From a bacterium (GTDB lineage Bacteria; Patescibacteriota; Patescibacteriia; UBA9934; GWF2-40-263), in contig JAGVQB010000045.1 of the NCBI GenBank assembly GCA_020051955.1, positions 1,356 through 65,355 of the forward strand: DNA of 64,000 nt. Direction: 5' to 3'. Within the stretch, counting starts at the first letter, position 1, and the number at the start of each line of letters is the position of its first letter. The translations under genes were made by a program, and so were the position numbers. The notes beneath the pieces are model-generated. The model saw nothing but the letters and a program-made list of their open reading frames with translations, was not told where the DNA came from and searched no databases. Positions 39,724 through 49,689 of the stretch are shown in pieces.

Positions 39724-39950
39724 ATAAGTTGAGAAACGTAACGGCGATATGATAACAAAAATCCTGTGACGGTCAACTCTGTGTTGGAGTTTTTCAACGG
39801 TCTCGCCTGTGCGCCACTCTCAAGCCGTTAAAGGTTGGGTGGGTTAAGTGGAGGTGGCTCGATCGTGAGTCGTCGCCAGAGGAGACCAACGACATCCTTA
39901 GTCGCACTAGCACGCAGTGGTGCATCCGTCTCATCCTCATCGGTGGATAC

Positions 39951-40616
39951 GTGCAGTTCTATGGATCCAGGAAGGACGAAGGACATCTGTTGGGTGCCTA
40001 CTTCAGCAAGTCCATTTGGCAACGCCTGTGGGTCTCGGTCGCGGGTCCTATCGCAAACATCCTCACCGCCTTTTTGTTCATCTGGGTGGCTTTCTTCATT
40101 GGCTGGCAATACCAAACGGATTGCAAACTGGACGCGTACGGCGTGGTTGATCCCAGCTCGTGTCAGACCGTGAAGGAGGTGGGTGGTCAGTCGGTGTGGA
40201 TGTCCTTCACGCTGGCGGCGAAGGCCAGTGCCAGGGTGCCAGTATTGATTGGGGAGCATGTCGAAGAGATCGTCGACGGGACAATCAAGGACATCAAAGC
40301 CAGATGGGGGAATGAGCCAGTGGGGATCGTGGGGGCGGCAGATGTCATTTGGGAAGGGGCACAAGAAGGAGCGGGGAAGTTGCTGATAATCATGTGGGCG
40401 TTCTCCTTGATCATCGGCTTTGGCAACCTCCTGCCATTCCCCCCGCTTGACGGTTCGCACATCTGGCTCGACCTTGTCTCGCTGTTGCGAGATGGGTGGT
40501 TGCGCACGAGCCTTAGGTACGTCTGGATAGCATTCGGCGCGTCCCTTCTTCTGTCGGAGTTCGTCTTGTTCATCATCACAAGCACCCACGACCTGTGGTT
40601 GTTGCTTGCGCGCTGA
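39951..40616 (+). pseudogene. C-terminal fragment of an RseP/site-2 protease (M50) gene; lacks the HExxH domain
   Basis: VAGPIANILTAFLF and NLLPFPPLDGSHI are the two conserved C-terminal RseP motifs. The in-frame upstream region (open from 39756) has no start codon and no HExxH. GC is about 58 %. It has its own terminator at 40614-40640. Confidence 0.55.
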
Positions 40617-40648
40617 CCTCGACTTGGGGTCAGTTTTTTTAAAGTTTG

Positions 40649-40675
40649 AAAAACCCGCGAAGAGTCGCGGGTAGG
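40649..40675 (-). terminator. rho-independent terminator of the Gmad2-domain protein gene
   Basis: CCCGCGAAGAGTCGCGGG hairpin followed by a T-run on the minus strand. Confidence 0.55.
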
Positions 40676-40778
40676 TGCTGAATGGAGTCGGTTCTGACCC
40701 CAGGTGATTCTCGCTCATGCCCGTTCATCAAGGCCGTTCCTTTTATGTTGAGAGCGTATTGAATTTTTTGGGAAAAAA

Positions 40779-41981
40779 CTATTTGCCGATAATGACAGGA
40801 ACACTGAGTTCGTCATCATTTTCAGGAAGTCCGGAAGGGTCATCTTTTTGCAAAACGAGAGTCCCCGCTTTGCCAATGTTTTGCAGATTCGTCGCAAAGG
40901 TGATCGTGGCTTTAAAGGGGACGAAATCGCTCGTCATCCAATCATCTTGCGCTTGTGCAACGCACCACCCGAGTGTATTTCCTTTGTAGTCAAGGAGGAG
41001 TATTGGGAAACTTGCCTCAAAAAACCAGTAACCGCGCGCTTGCCCGGTGATGAGAAGTGGACTGCTGACAACGGTGTTGGGCAAGGGAGAATCGAGGATT
41101 ATGCTACTTGTATGTTTTTCCGTTTCCTCTGACCAGACAATCATTTTCATGCCGGGGATTTGGAGGATATTTACCTCAACTTGTGGCTTGCAACTGCACA
41201 TACTAATAGAGATGCCGGTCCATGCGTCTATGGGAGAGATGGTGACGACGCCGTCCTTTTCCGTAAACATTGTTTGACCGATAATTGTGTTGCACATGCC
41301 CGTCGTTCCCGCATCAATAGTTGCGCGTATGACTTCCTCGGTAGTCGGATTTGGTTTGGAAATGGTGCCCATATGGGCAATAGTGAGCGATGAACGATAT
41401 CCCGCACTATCCATTTTTTCTCCGTCACAATAGGCGGTTGTCTCAGCCTGCGATGTTAGATAGGTGAACGTGTAATCAGAAAGAGTCGTTGTTTGAAGAA
41501 TATTATCTCGCACCGCAAGTGCTATACTTTTGCCTATGGAAGGAGTCATGGCCATGGGTTCGTCCTCAGCCACCACGGCATATGTGGCAATGATTGTTCC
41601 CGCATCAATCGTGATGTTTTGTGGGGTAACGCGATCGCCAAGAAAAACGGCGTTTGTACCAAGTGCGCCGTCTGAAGTGTTCAGTGCTGTTACGATATAA
41701 TAAAAAGCTCCGGTTCCCTCGCTTGTTTGTTTAAGAAAAAAAATTGCGTCTTCAACTCCATCATCATTTATGTCTCCATTCGTTACCTCCCCAAATATTT
41801 CCGTAGTATCTGTTTTTCCATCGACAAGATTTACTTGATCATTTGAGACTGTGTAAGTTGCGTTACGAGGATCAAACTGTGCGGAAGTAGTGGGTTTATG
41901 TGAGTACGATAGGAAAGCTCCATAGAGACAACCTCCAAGAATAACCGGAATCGCGACTGCGATAAGAATTTCTTTTTTCAT
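40779..41981 (-). CDS. secreted or lipid-anchored protein with C-terminal Gmad2 immunoglobulin-like domain
   Basis: Signal/anchor MKKEILIAVAIPVILGGC. The C-terminal ITGQARGYWFFEASFPILLLDYKGNTLG matches the Gmad2 motif (GxARG.WFFEA...L.D). Confidence 0.7.
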   Translation of the reverse strand: MKKEILIAVAIPVILGGCLYGAFLSYSHKPTTSAQFDPRNATYTVSNDQVNLVDGKTDTTEIFGEVTNGDINDDGVEDAIFFLKQTSEGTGAFYYIVTALNTSDGALGTNAVFLGDRVTPQNITIDAGTIIATYAVVAEDEPMAMTPSIGKSIALAVRDNILQTTTLSDYTFTYLTSQAETTAYCDGEKMDSAGYRSSLTIAHMGTISKPNPTTEEVIRATIDAGTTGMCNTIIGQTMFTEKDGVVTISPIDAWTGISISMCSCKPQVEVNILQIPGMKMIVWSEETEKHTSSIILDSPLPNTVVSSPLLITGQARGYWFFEASFPILLLDYKGNTLGWCVAQAQDDWMTSDFVPFKATITFATNLQNIGKAGTLVLQKDDPSGLPENDDELSVPVIIGK

Positions 41982-42010
41982 AATTTTTCGTTACCGGATG
42001 ATTATCAAAA

Positions 42011-42355
42011 TTACTTAACTTTTTTATCTTTTGGTTTTACCACCCTCCGAATCGTTTTAACAATATCTTTGACAAAGGGATTAGTTTGTTCAATTCTAGG
42101 AAAAACCTTTTTTCCTTCGCGTTCTTTTTGAAGAAGACCGGCCTGTTCTAAAACTTTGATATGTTGAGAAATCAGAGGCAAAGAAAGGCCTAAAATCTCG
42201 GCAAGATCACTGACGGACACTTTTGGTTGTTCGGCTAAAATACAAAAAATTCTATATCGGCTGACCTCACTAAGCGCTTTAAAAGCTACGACCATATTTT
42301 TGTCGTTTTGAATAGAAAGGGCATCTATTATCCGGGTTTCTTTTTTCCGCAACAT
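42011..42355 (-). CDS. ArsR/SmtB-family transcriptional regulator
   Basis: FKALSEVSRYRIFCILAE...VSDLAEILGLSLPLISQHIKVLEQAGLL is a winged-HTH of the ArsR type. Confidence 0.85.
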   Translation of the reverse strand: MLRKKETRIIDALSIQNDKNMVVAFKALSEVSRYRIFCILAEQPKVSVSDLAEILGLSLPLISQHIKVLEQAGLLQKEREGKKVFPRIEQTNPFVKDIVKTIRRVVKPKDKKVK

Positions 42356-42436
42356 AAGTTAAATATTTAAGCAACTGTTTAATAGCTGAAAGGTACACCA
42401 TAAGGAATCATCTGTCTATGAAGGTAAAAAAATGGG

Positions 42437-42494
42437 TCAGATTCGACTTCCGACTTTTTTTGAACAATGTAAAAAGTTGGAAGTCGGATCTGAC
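42437..42494. promoter_or_regulatory. 16 bp inverted repeat (GTCAGATTCGACTTCC / GGAAGTCGGATCTGAC) with 26 bp spacer in the arsR divergent promoter region; candidate operator
   Basis: Near-perfect dyad located between arsR (minus strand) and the paralogous small genes (plus strand). Confidence 0.45.
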
Positions 42495-42576
42495 CTCAGG
42501 AGATCCCTGCATTGACCGATATAAGACAGGCTGATAAATTATTCGTGGCAAGGAAACAACGAAACGGAGAGAGAAC

Positions 42577-42954
42577 ATGATTCGCATGAAGTACCATTTG
42601 CTGATTACGCGAAAGGGTCAAGCTGAAGGCGCGACCGTCGAAGTCGAGGCTGAGTACACCAACGTGGAGGATGTGGTCACGGACATCCTGTCAGTGGTGA
42701 ATGTGTTCGGAAATGGAAGCCGCGCGAGCACCGCTCAACGACTTGCGACAGTGAGCTCTTCGAAAATCCTCTCGCAGATCAAGGATCTCGATCCCTCTTC
42801 GAAGATCATCATCCATGGTGGAAGGGAAGTTGAGGAGGGAATCCCCGAGGGGCTGGTGAGAGACCCCGGAGCACTCTTCTCTGTTGCCTGTTGCCGGGCG
42901 TGGGGGGACCGACGCGAGGACGCGGCGAGGGAAGCGCGTCGCAACCGCGAGTAA
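42577..42954 (+). CDS. small hypothetical protein, paralog 1 (GC-rich)
   Basis: GGAGAG lies upstream. The N-terminus MKYHLLITRKGQAEGATVEVEAEYTNVEDVVTDILSVV parallels paralog 2. Confidence 0.55.
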   Translation: MIRMKYHLLITRKGQAEGATVEVEAEYTNVEDVVTDILSVVNVFGNGSRASTAQRLATVSSSKILSQIKDLDPSSKIIIHGGREVEEGIPEGLVRDPGALFSVACCRAWGDRREDAAREARRNRE

Positions 42955-43088
42955 CTGGGTAACGGTATTGTGGCTTGCATCAGCGAAAATATCGTAACCG
43001 AGTAATGGCGAAGGTAGGTCGTTGGCTCTTGACCGATCGTCAAAAAGCTGGTAGGTTTTTGTGGCTAGGAACCTGCAAAAAGAGAGGA

Positions 43089-43382
43089 ATGAAAATGCCG
43101 ACGATGAAGTACAACGTCCTGATCGGTGACGACGGCGAACGGCGCGAGGTGGTGGTCGAGTACTCCGACATCACCGCGCTGGTGAGGGACATTCTCGACG
43201 TAGGGAGGATCCATTCGCCGACAGCGCGCACCAGTGAAAGGGATCGTGTGGAGAGTGCGTCGGGTTTGCCGCTTCTCAAGGCGCTCACGGACTGGCGACC
43301 CGGGGATTCGGTCACGATCCTCAATGCGGAGGAAGCACCACTCCGAAGTCGAGAATTCTTCGACGTGGCCTTCACTGGTTAG
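43089..43382 (+). CDS. small hypothetical protein, paralog 2 (GC-rich)
   Basis: GAGAGG then ATG at 43089. The N-terminus MKYNVLIGDDGERREVVVEYSDITALVRDILDVG is alignable with paralog 1. Confidence 0.55.
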   Translation: MKMPTMKYNVLIGDDGERREVVVEYSDITALVRDILDVGRIHSPTARTSERDRVESASGLPLLKALTDWRPGDSVTILNAEEAPLRSREFFDVAFTG

Positions 43383-43506
43383 TTGCCCCGTACACGATTC
43401 GTGCGCCTGTGAAATACCAGGCGTTTTATTTTTGGAAAAATAAAACCGCCCGTTTATCTTCCGCACGTGGGTGCGGCCGATTTTGGGCGGAGAGAGAACG
43501 TCTGAC

Positions 43507-45138
43507 CTAGTGTGCCGCCTTGCCCTTGGGGATCGCCTTGCGGATGAGCACGCACAGCACGAACCCTATCACTGCTGGCGGGATCATCCACAGCGGCCAA
43601 TCTGACCAGTTGTGCCAGTCAGCGGCCGCCGCCTCCCTGGGAAGCCTGGCACCGTACCAGAATGCCATGAGTGAACTTCCCAGGTACACGCATCCGTCGA
43701 TGATGCCCACTGCGATGCCCGCGTTCTTGGATCCGCCGAAGTCCTGCGTCGCTGTCCCAGAGAGCATTCCGTGCACGCCGATGACGCACAGGGACGCGAT
43801 CAGGCACAGCCACATCACAGCGGCGTTCCCAAGCACGAAGTACATCACGCACGCGCACGCGATCATGCCGCCGTAGAGTATGGCCGCGACCGGTCCGCGT
43901 CTTGATTCAAAGAACCTGTCACTGATGATGCCTGCGAACATGCCACCGAGGATTCCCGCCAGGCAAAGGAGCATACCCCAGTGAGGCTCGAGGTATGAGC
44001 CAACGTGGGTTGCCTTCATGAAGCTTGGTCCCCACTGCATGATCGCCTGCCTGACGAAGCCAGTGCAGAACTCGATCGCGGCTACCGCGACGATGATCGG
44101 GTTGCGCGCCATCATCAGGAAGACCTTGTGAGGCGGGTTTGTTGGTCCCTTCTCGCCAGATGTCGCATCTCCTGTGTCGAAGTCCTCGAGCCCAGCATCC
44201 TTGGGTGAGTTGCGGATGAGCTTGTGGCCAACCACGAAGCTCACGCACAGGATGGCTGCTGGGACAAAGAACACGAGGTGGACCTGGTGCTCCCAGATCT
44301 TGAGGAGTAGACCGTTCCAGTCATAGGCAAAGTAGAGTCCAAGCGAGATCAGGATCCCGAAGATGGCACCAAAGACTCCACGTTCCTTCACGTGGAACCA
44401 CGGCGAGTTCACCTTGACGATGGCGACAGCGCCGAAGCTCTGGAAGTACATATTGATCGCGTAAAGAACACAGAGGGCAGGCATGAGCTTGGAGGTGGCA
44501 CTCACATTGTGCTCGATACCGAAGAGCCCACGGAACCAGACGAAGCCGCTGAAGATCGGCTTGGCGAATTCATTCACCACGTTACCAAGCGCGCCGATTT
44601 CTCCGTTGCTTCTCACGACTTCCCACGCCACGACGCCCATCAGGACATTGGCGATGATGACCCCAGCGGCCGAGATCAGGATCGTCAGCCTTCCGCCGTA
44701 TCGGTCAGTGAGCGGACCATTGAGCAAGAACGACAGTCCATACACCAACGTGCCGATCCCGAAGATGATCCCGAAGTCAGCGTTGTCCATGAGACCGAAC
44801 TGGCTGAACTCCTTCTTGCTCACTGTCAGGTTGTAGCGCGCCATGTAGAGGAACGCGTAGATCGCTCCTAGTGGAACCCAGTTCATCACCCGTCTCTTGA
44901 TGAGGTCGGGCTTGAGATGGTCCATCGCGAGCTTGGGTTGACGCGCGAACACGAACACGATGACAACGAGCAGAAGCAGGATTGGGAGGAACTCCTTCAG
45001 GGAGATCAGGAACACGCTTTCCTTGCTTGTACCTGCCTCTTGCGCGGCAAGTGCGAGCGTTGGGAAGAGACTCATTGCCAGGGCAGAAAGAGCTACGAGA
45101 ATTTTGGACACCGGCGCCTCCTTGTGGGTTTTGCCCAC
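43507..45138 (-). CDS. MFS transporter, organophosphate:Pi antiporter (GlpT/UhpC)-like
   Basis: 543 aa with 12 TM helices. YMARYNLT...YGLSFLLNGPLTDRYGGR resembles the OPA-family N-terminal signature. GC is about 56 %. Confidence 0.7.
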   Translation of the reverse strand: MGKTHKEAPVSKILVALSALAMSLFPTLALAAQEAGTSKESVFLISLKEFLPILLLLVVIVFVFARQPKLAMDHLKPDLIKRRVMNWVPLGAIYAFLYMARYNLTVSKKEFSQFGLMDNADFGIIFGIGTLVYGLSFLLNGPLTDRYGGRLTILISAAGVIIANVLMGVVAWEVVRSNGEIGALGNVVNEFAKPIFSGFVWFRGLFGIEHNVSATSKLMPALCVLYAINMYFQSFGAVAIVKVNSPWFHVKERGVFGAIFGILISLGLYFAYDWNGLLLKIWEHQVHLVFFVPAAILCVSFVVGHKLIRNSPKDAGLEDFDTGDATSGEKGPTNPPHKVFLMMARNPIIVAVAAIEFCTGFVRQAIMQWGPSFMKATHVGSYLEPHWGMLLCLAGILGGMFAGIISDRFFESRRGPVAAILYGGMIACACVMYFVLGNAAVMWLCLIASLCVIGVHGMLSGTATQDFGGSKNAGIAVGIIDGCVYLGSSLMAFWYGARLPREAAAADWHNWSDWPLWMIPPAVIGFVLCVLIRKAIPKGKAAH

Positions 45139-45237
45139 GTTTTTGAGTGTCTGTTTGCCGTGAGCGAACGGCAGTATTGACCCTAATACGACAGAGGGAA
45201 ATGTGCAAACAAAAAACCGAGGAGGTACCTCGATTAT

Positions 45238-45708
45238 TTATTGGAGTGGATGACGGCGAAGTTGAGCGGCTGTTTCAGCGTCAATTGATGTCGAGGAGCT
45301 GTAAAAACTTAGAGCCTTGTCGCGAGATCCTCGTATCTCTTCATCGCGCACGTTATCGAGAGCGTCTTGTGACTTTTGCCATTCTTGCAATAGCCGGTCA
45401 GCCTCACCATTTTTTGATCGCCCAAGACGTTCATTAAGAGAGGCTTGTTTGTATTTTGCTTCTGCAAGAAGGACCTTTGCTATCTCGACACTTCCACGCC
45501 CACCTTTACCACGAGATGCTTCTTGCTGTGCTTGCGCGACTTTTTGTTCGAGACCCAATATCTTGCGCACGCCTGTTTCGACTGGGTCTTCGCGATATGT
45601 AAAATCAGCTACCCGTTCTTTTCCGCCAGTCGCCTTAATATCCGGCACCTCCTCAAATACAATTCCTTCATCTGGCGCGGATTCCCTGCGTGGTCTGCCG
45701 AACGCCAT
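45238..45708 (-). CDS. hypothetical charged protein (156 aa)
   Basis: ORF following the lipoprotein gene on the same strand, with a terminator at 45206-45232. No family. Confidence 0.45.
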   Translation of the reverse strand: MAFGRPRRESAPDEGIVFEEVPDIKATGGKERVADFTYREDPVETGVRKILGLEQKVAQAQQEASRGKGGRGSVEIAKVLLAEAKYKQASLNERLGRSKNGEADRLLQEWQKSQDALDNVRDEEIRGSRDKALSFYSSSTSIDAETAAQLRRHPLQ

Positions 45709-45713
45709 AGAAA

Positions 45714-46184
45714 TTATTTTATCGCTCTTATTACTGTGATCGAAGTCTGCCCATCCATTTCACTTACAGCCACCGAAATTATAACATCGCCTTTTTGAAA
45801 CACCTTCATAAGTCTTCCGTTGTAATTGGAATCAGTTTCCATCTCCCACCCATCGCCCAAGAGTTCGTCTTCATACCACTGCGCGACAGAAGCTAGACTA
45901 GCGGTCGTCGTCGAGAGAAGCGTCGCGCCTTGGTTTGGGATAACTGATGCGGCGAGGATTTGCGCGCCTTCATACACAGGCACGTCAGATGGAAAGTCGT
46001 TTGGGATTTGCGCGTTTTCGCCAATGCTCGCGTACGCGCCAGTCTCTTTGTCTTCGTAGGTATAAGTGTCGTCCGCGATGTTGATTTCACCAGAGTCGCT
46101 TGGTTGCGCGGTTTGTTGAGTACGGTTAAAACATCCGCCACCAATGAGCACAAGGGTAAAGAGTGGGAACAGGAGAAATTTCAT
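45714..46184 (-). CDS. putative lipoprotein (signal peptide plus LIGGGC lipobox-like)
   Basis: MKFLLFPLFTLVLIGGGCF followed by a Thr/Ser/Asp-rich mature domain. Confidence 0.55.
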   Translation of the reverse strand: MKFLLFPLFTLVLIGGGCFNRTQQTAQPSDSGEINIADDTYTYEDKETGAYASIGENAQIPNDFPSDVPVYEGAQILAASVIPNQGATLLSTTTASLASVAQWYEDELLGDGWEMETDSNYNGRLMKVFQKGDVIISVAVSEMDGQTSITVIRAIK

Positions 46185-46303
46185 AAGATGGTCGAACATA
46201 CCACTTAAGGACCGATCGGACCTTAAATGGTATGAGTTATTGTTAAAAGTTTTGAAATAAGTGATGATTGTTACTACTTTACCATTATTTTAAGCTCAAT
46301 TCC

Positions 46304-46403
46304 ATCCCGTTCAAACACCGCGTCATCACCGTTAAACCGCTGACAAGTGACGTCGTCTCTTCCTGCGCGGTTTACCGATTTTGGCGCAGCGTTTGAACGG
46401 GAT
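46304..46403 (+). repeat. MITE-like ~100 bp element, copy B, in the typA leader
   Basis: ATCCCGTTCAAACACCGCGTCATCACCGTTAAACCG...GGTTTACCGATT...GCGTTTGAACGGGAT. It is about 80 % identical to 20303-20402 and shares the same 13 bp termini. Confidence 0.7.
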
Positions 46404-46446
46404 CTATCTTGACCGATCGGGTTCCTTCGTATACTCTTCTCGCGTT

Positions 46447-48270
46447 ATGACACGCGACGACATAAGAAACATCGCAATCATCGCTCACGTTGACCATGGT
46501 AAGACGACCTTGGTGGACGCGCTTTTGAAACAGAGCAACACTTTTCGCGACGCGCAGGCAATGGGTACGACTATCATGGACAGCAACGAGATCGAGCGCG
46601 AGCGAGGCATTACGATTTTTGCCAAGAACGCCGCGATCGAGTGGAAGGGGATAAAGATCAACATCGTTGATACGCCAGGGCACGCTGACTTTGGCGGCGA
46701 GGTTGAGCGAGTGATGAATCTTGTTGACGGCTGTCTCCTGCTTGTTGATGCCAAAGAGGGGCCAATGCCGCAGACAAAATTTGTGCTCAAGAAGGCGCTT
46801 GAGGCTGGGCACAAGATCATCGTTGTTATCAATAAGATTGATAAGAAAGACGCGCGCCCAAGCTGGGTCGTTGATAAAACCTTTGATTTGTTTATTGATT
46901 TAGGTGCAACCGACGAGCAGGCGCGCTTTCCTGTTTTGTATGCTTCCGCTATCAATGGCGTGGCAGGAACTTCGCAAGAGATGGCTTCAATGAAAGGTAT
47001 CGAGCCCATTCTTGATTCAGTTGTCGAGTACATCAGCGGACCTTCGGGCGATCCTGCCGATCCTTTGCAGATTTCCGTTGTGAACATCTTTTACGATAAC
47101 TACAAAGGTCGTGTCGCGATTGGGCGCGTCGTGAACGGAGTCGCAAAAAACGGAATGCAGGTGAAGCATGTGAAGCGTGATGGAAGCGAGAAGCTCGGAA
47201 AAATTACCGCACTGCAGATATTCAAAGGGTTGGGTCGTGTTGACGCGCAAGAGGTCAACGCAGGAGAAATAGTCGCGGTCGCGGGAATCGAGGACGCGCA
47301 CATTGGCGAGTCGTTTGTTGATCCACTTGAAGGGAAGGCTCTACCGGTGATGTCTATCGAGGATCCAACAGTCAAAATGACGTTTGGCGCAAACACGTCA
47401 CCTTTTGCCGGGAAAGAAGGTGAGTATTCAACAGCAAGACATTTGAAGGAACGTCTTGAGCGCGAACTGTTGAACGACGTTGCGCTAAGGATGGAAAAGG
47501 GGGAAGGGGACTCTCAATTTATTATTTCTGGGCGCGGCGAGTTGCACTTGGCAATTTTGATCGAGAAGATGCGCAGGGAAGGATACGAACTTCAGGCCTC
47601 GAGGCCGCAGGTTATTTTCAAAGAAAAGGAAGGTGTGGTGATGGAGCCTTTTGAGGCGGTGTCCACTGAATGTCCGGATACATTTTCTGGAATCGTTATC
47701 GAAAAGATGGGTAAGCGGCGAGGAGAGATGAAGGATATGAAGGTTGAGAATGGTACTTCGTTTATGGAGTTTGAGATTCCTACGCGCGGGCTTATCGGTT
47801 ATCGAAGTGAGTTTTTGACTGATACAAAAGGACAGGGAGTGTTGAATACTCTACTGCTTGGGTACCGCGAGAAAGTTGGGGACGTTACAGCAGGCGGTCA
47901 CGGTGCCATGATCTCGATGGAACAAGGTGAGACAATGGGTTACGCGCTCACCAACTTGCAGGATCGTGGTGGTATGTTCGTTGGCCCCGGCGTGCAAGTG
48001 TATGTGGGAATGGTGATTGGGGAGAACTCGCGCAACGAGGATATGGATGTGAATCCGTGTAAAGAAAAGAGACTGTCGAATATGCGTTCAAAGGGTGATG
48101 GCGCGTCAGTCGCGCTGGAACCACCTCGACATATGACTCTTGAAATGTGCTTGGAGTTTTTGGCAGACGACGAACTTCTGGAAGTCACACCAAAGTCGCT
48201 ACGCATCCGCAAAACGATTCTTGATCCAGTGCGCCGCAAGCGTGCTGGGATGCAAACCGAGACCTCGTGA
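46447..48270 (+). CDS. typA: translational GTPase TypA/BipA
   Basis: IRNIAIIAHVDHGKTTLVD, DTPGHADFGGEVER and NKIDK G-motifs, with BipA-type domains downstream. ATG at 46447. Confidence 0.93.
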   Translation: MTRDDIRNIAIIAHVDHGKTTLVDALLKQSNTFRDAQAMGTTIMDSNEIERERGITIFAKNAAIEWKGIKINIVDTPGHADFGGEVERVMNLVDGCLLLVDAKEGPMPQTKFVLKKALEAGHKIIVVINKIDKKDARPSWVVDKTFDLFIDLGATDEQARFPVLYASAINGVAGTSQEMASMKGIEPILDSVVEYISGPSGDPADPLQISVVNIFYDNYKGRVAIGRVVNGVAKNGMQVKHVKRDGSEKLGKITALQIFKGLGRVDAQEVNAGEIVAVAGIEDAHIGESFVDPLEGKALPVMSIEDPTVKMTFGANTSPFAGKEGEYSTARHLKERLERELLNDVALRMEKGEGDSQFIISGRGELHLAILIEKMRREGYELQASRPQVIFKEKEGVVMEPFEAVSTECPDTFSGIVIEKMGKRRGEMKDMKVENGTSFMEFEIPTRGLIGYRSEFLTDTKGQGVLNTLLLGYREKVGDVTAGGHGAMISMEQGETMGYALTNLQDRGGMFVGPGVQVYVGMVIGENSRNEDMDVNPCKEKRLSNMRSKGDGASVALEPPRHMTLEMCLEFLADDELLEVTPKSLRIRKTILDPVRRKRAGMQTETS

Positions 48271-48330
48271 TTTAAAAGGCGGGAGCAAAGGCTCCTGTCT
48301 TTTTTGTAGGTAGCCTGCGCCTATTTTGGG

Positions 48331-48430
48331 TAACGAATGCGAATCTCGTGCGAATATACTAATAGGACGATGCTATTCGCATATTCGCACGACATTCGTA
48401 TTCGCTCTACTGTAATCTGTAGATCGGTAG
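48331..48430 (+). repeat. copy 2 of the ~100 bp palindromic interspersed repeat (IR-element) with CTGTAATCTGTAGAT box
   Basis: Reverse complement of 15555-15653 with about 95 % core identity. It lies between the typA terminator and the 3' end of the minus-strand MFS gene. Confidence 0.75.
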
Positions 48431-48433
48431 CTT

Positions 48434-49669
48434 TTATGTCCCTACCTCTTGAACCGCAACAGGCTCATCGCTATGAGCCAACGTTCGCATCAACCGTTTG
48501 AGTAACCACAGAACTGGCAACTGAACGACAAACATCATCACAAGTCCATAACGAATCGTTGCGTCTGGGGCGAGGTGGTAAGCGAGGATAAATAAGAGAA
48601 GCCCGACCACGCGGCCAAAGTTGAGACAGTACTCGCGGTCGAGGATGTAAAGAAAACGGTGCTCGCTATCACGTTTCACTTCTCGATCCACCACCTCATA
48701 CAGGACCGTGACAAACGATGACCAGCGTAATGATCCAGTAATGCCCGCGATAATAAAGTACGCGATCGCGGAAGCGGCCGTGAACACGCTTGCGAAAAGC
48801 GCGCCAGCAAGGAGGTTCACAGCGACCCAGATTCCGACCAGCATTAGGTGATGTTTGTGACGCACGCGCTTGCCGATCGCGTAGATCATGATGGCGGAGA
48901 GCACGCCAGTGAGAGCCTTCACGCTACCAACGGCTTCCTCCTGACCAAGAAAAAGGAGTACGACCAAAAGTGGAATCACGACTTCCAGGCCACTGGTTAT
49001 GCTATTGAGCATTTCGATTGCTCGTTGCTGGTTCCACCTAGCGGTCGCGTGTCGAACAAACGGCGTGTTCACGACAAACGGTTCGATTACAAATTTGTGT
49101 GCGAGCACGCCGGTCGCGATGAGGAGGACGAGCCCGATCCCAGCGCAAAGTTGATACGCTTGTGCGACAGAGTAGGAAGGAATCGTGCCACCAAGCGCGA
49201 TGAACCAACCAATAACCAACGGCGAGACGATCCCTGCCACGATTCCAAGCATTGTCTCCACGCTGATAAATCTAAATCGTCGCGCGTCCTGCGTAAACTT
49301 TGATGTGATGCTATTGCGGTTAGCCCAGTAGAAACCTTGTGCGAGTCCAAGAGCGAGTCCAAGTGGGAGAGTGTAATCAGCCGCGGAAGCGCCCATTGAT
49401 ACTAAGAGCACTGGGATGAGTCCTTGCGCAAGACAACCAAAGGCATAGAGCTTGCCACTTTGCCACACTCGTAGCGCGTAGGCATTAACGAGAAATCCAA
49501 GCGAGATCCCCGCGTACATTCCAATGTTGAAAATCCCAAGCGTGATTGGGTCATGGTCCAGTCGCCACAAGAAAGTATTTGTGTAAACAGACACCATTGG
49601 CGAGGCAAGCGCGAAGAGGAAAAAAGATAGGAGTAGGCGACGTTGATTTTGGGAGAGGTCGTTGAGCAT
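48434..49669 (-). CDS. MFS-type membrane transporter (411 aa)
   Basis: 12 predicted TM helices with an MFS-like repeat structure. ATG at 49669. Confidence 0.65.
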   Translation of the reverse strand: MLNDLSQNQRRLLLSFFLFALASPMVSVYTNTFLWRLDHDPITLGIFNIGMYAGISLGFLVNAYALRVWQSGKLYAFGCLAQGLIPVLLVSMGASAADYTLPLGLALGLAQGFYWANRNSITSKFTQDARRFRFISVETMLGIVAGIVSPLVIGWFIALGGTIPSYSVAQAYQLCAGIGLVLLIATGVLAHKFVIEPFVVNTPFVRHATARWNQQRAIEMLNSITSGLEVVIPLLVVLLFLGQEEAVGSVKALTGVLSAIMIYAIGKRVRHKHHLMLVGIWVAVNLLAGALFASVFTAASAIAYFIIAGITGSLRWSSFVTVLYEVVDREVKRDSEHRFLYILDREYCLNFGRVVGLLLFILAYHLAPDATIRYGLVMMFVVQLPVLWLLKRLMRTLAHSDEPVAVQEVGT

Positions 49670-49689
49670 ATTGATGGAAAGTATACTGC

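Noticed and set aside
39828-40718. 296-aa minus-strand ORF opposite the RseP fragment
   Set aside because: Its composition is extremely biased (R/P/D/H/Q-rich) with no motifs. Long ORFs arise easily on the antisense strand of GC-rich coding DNA. The plus-strand frame carries recognisable RseP motifs.
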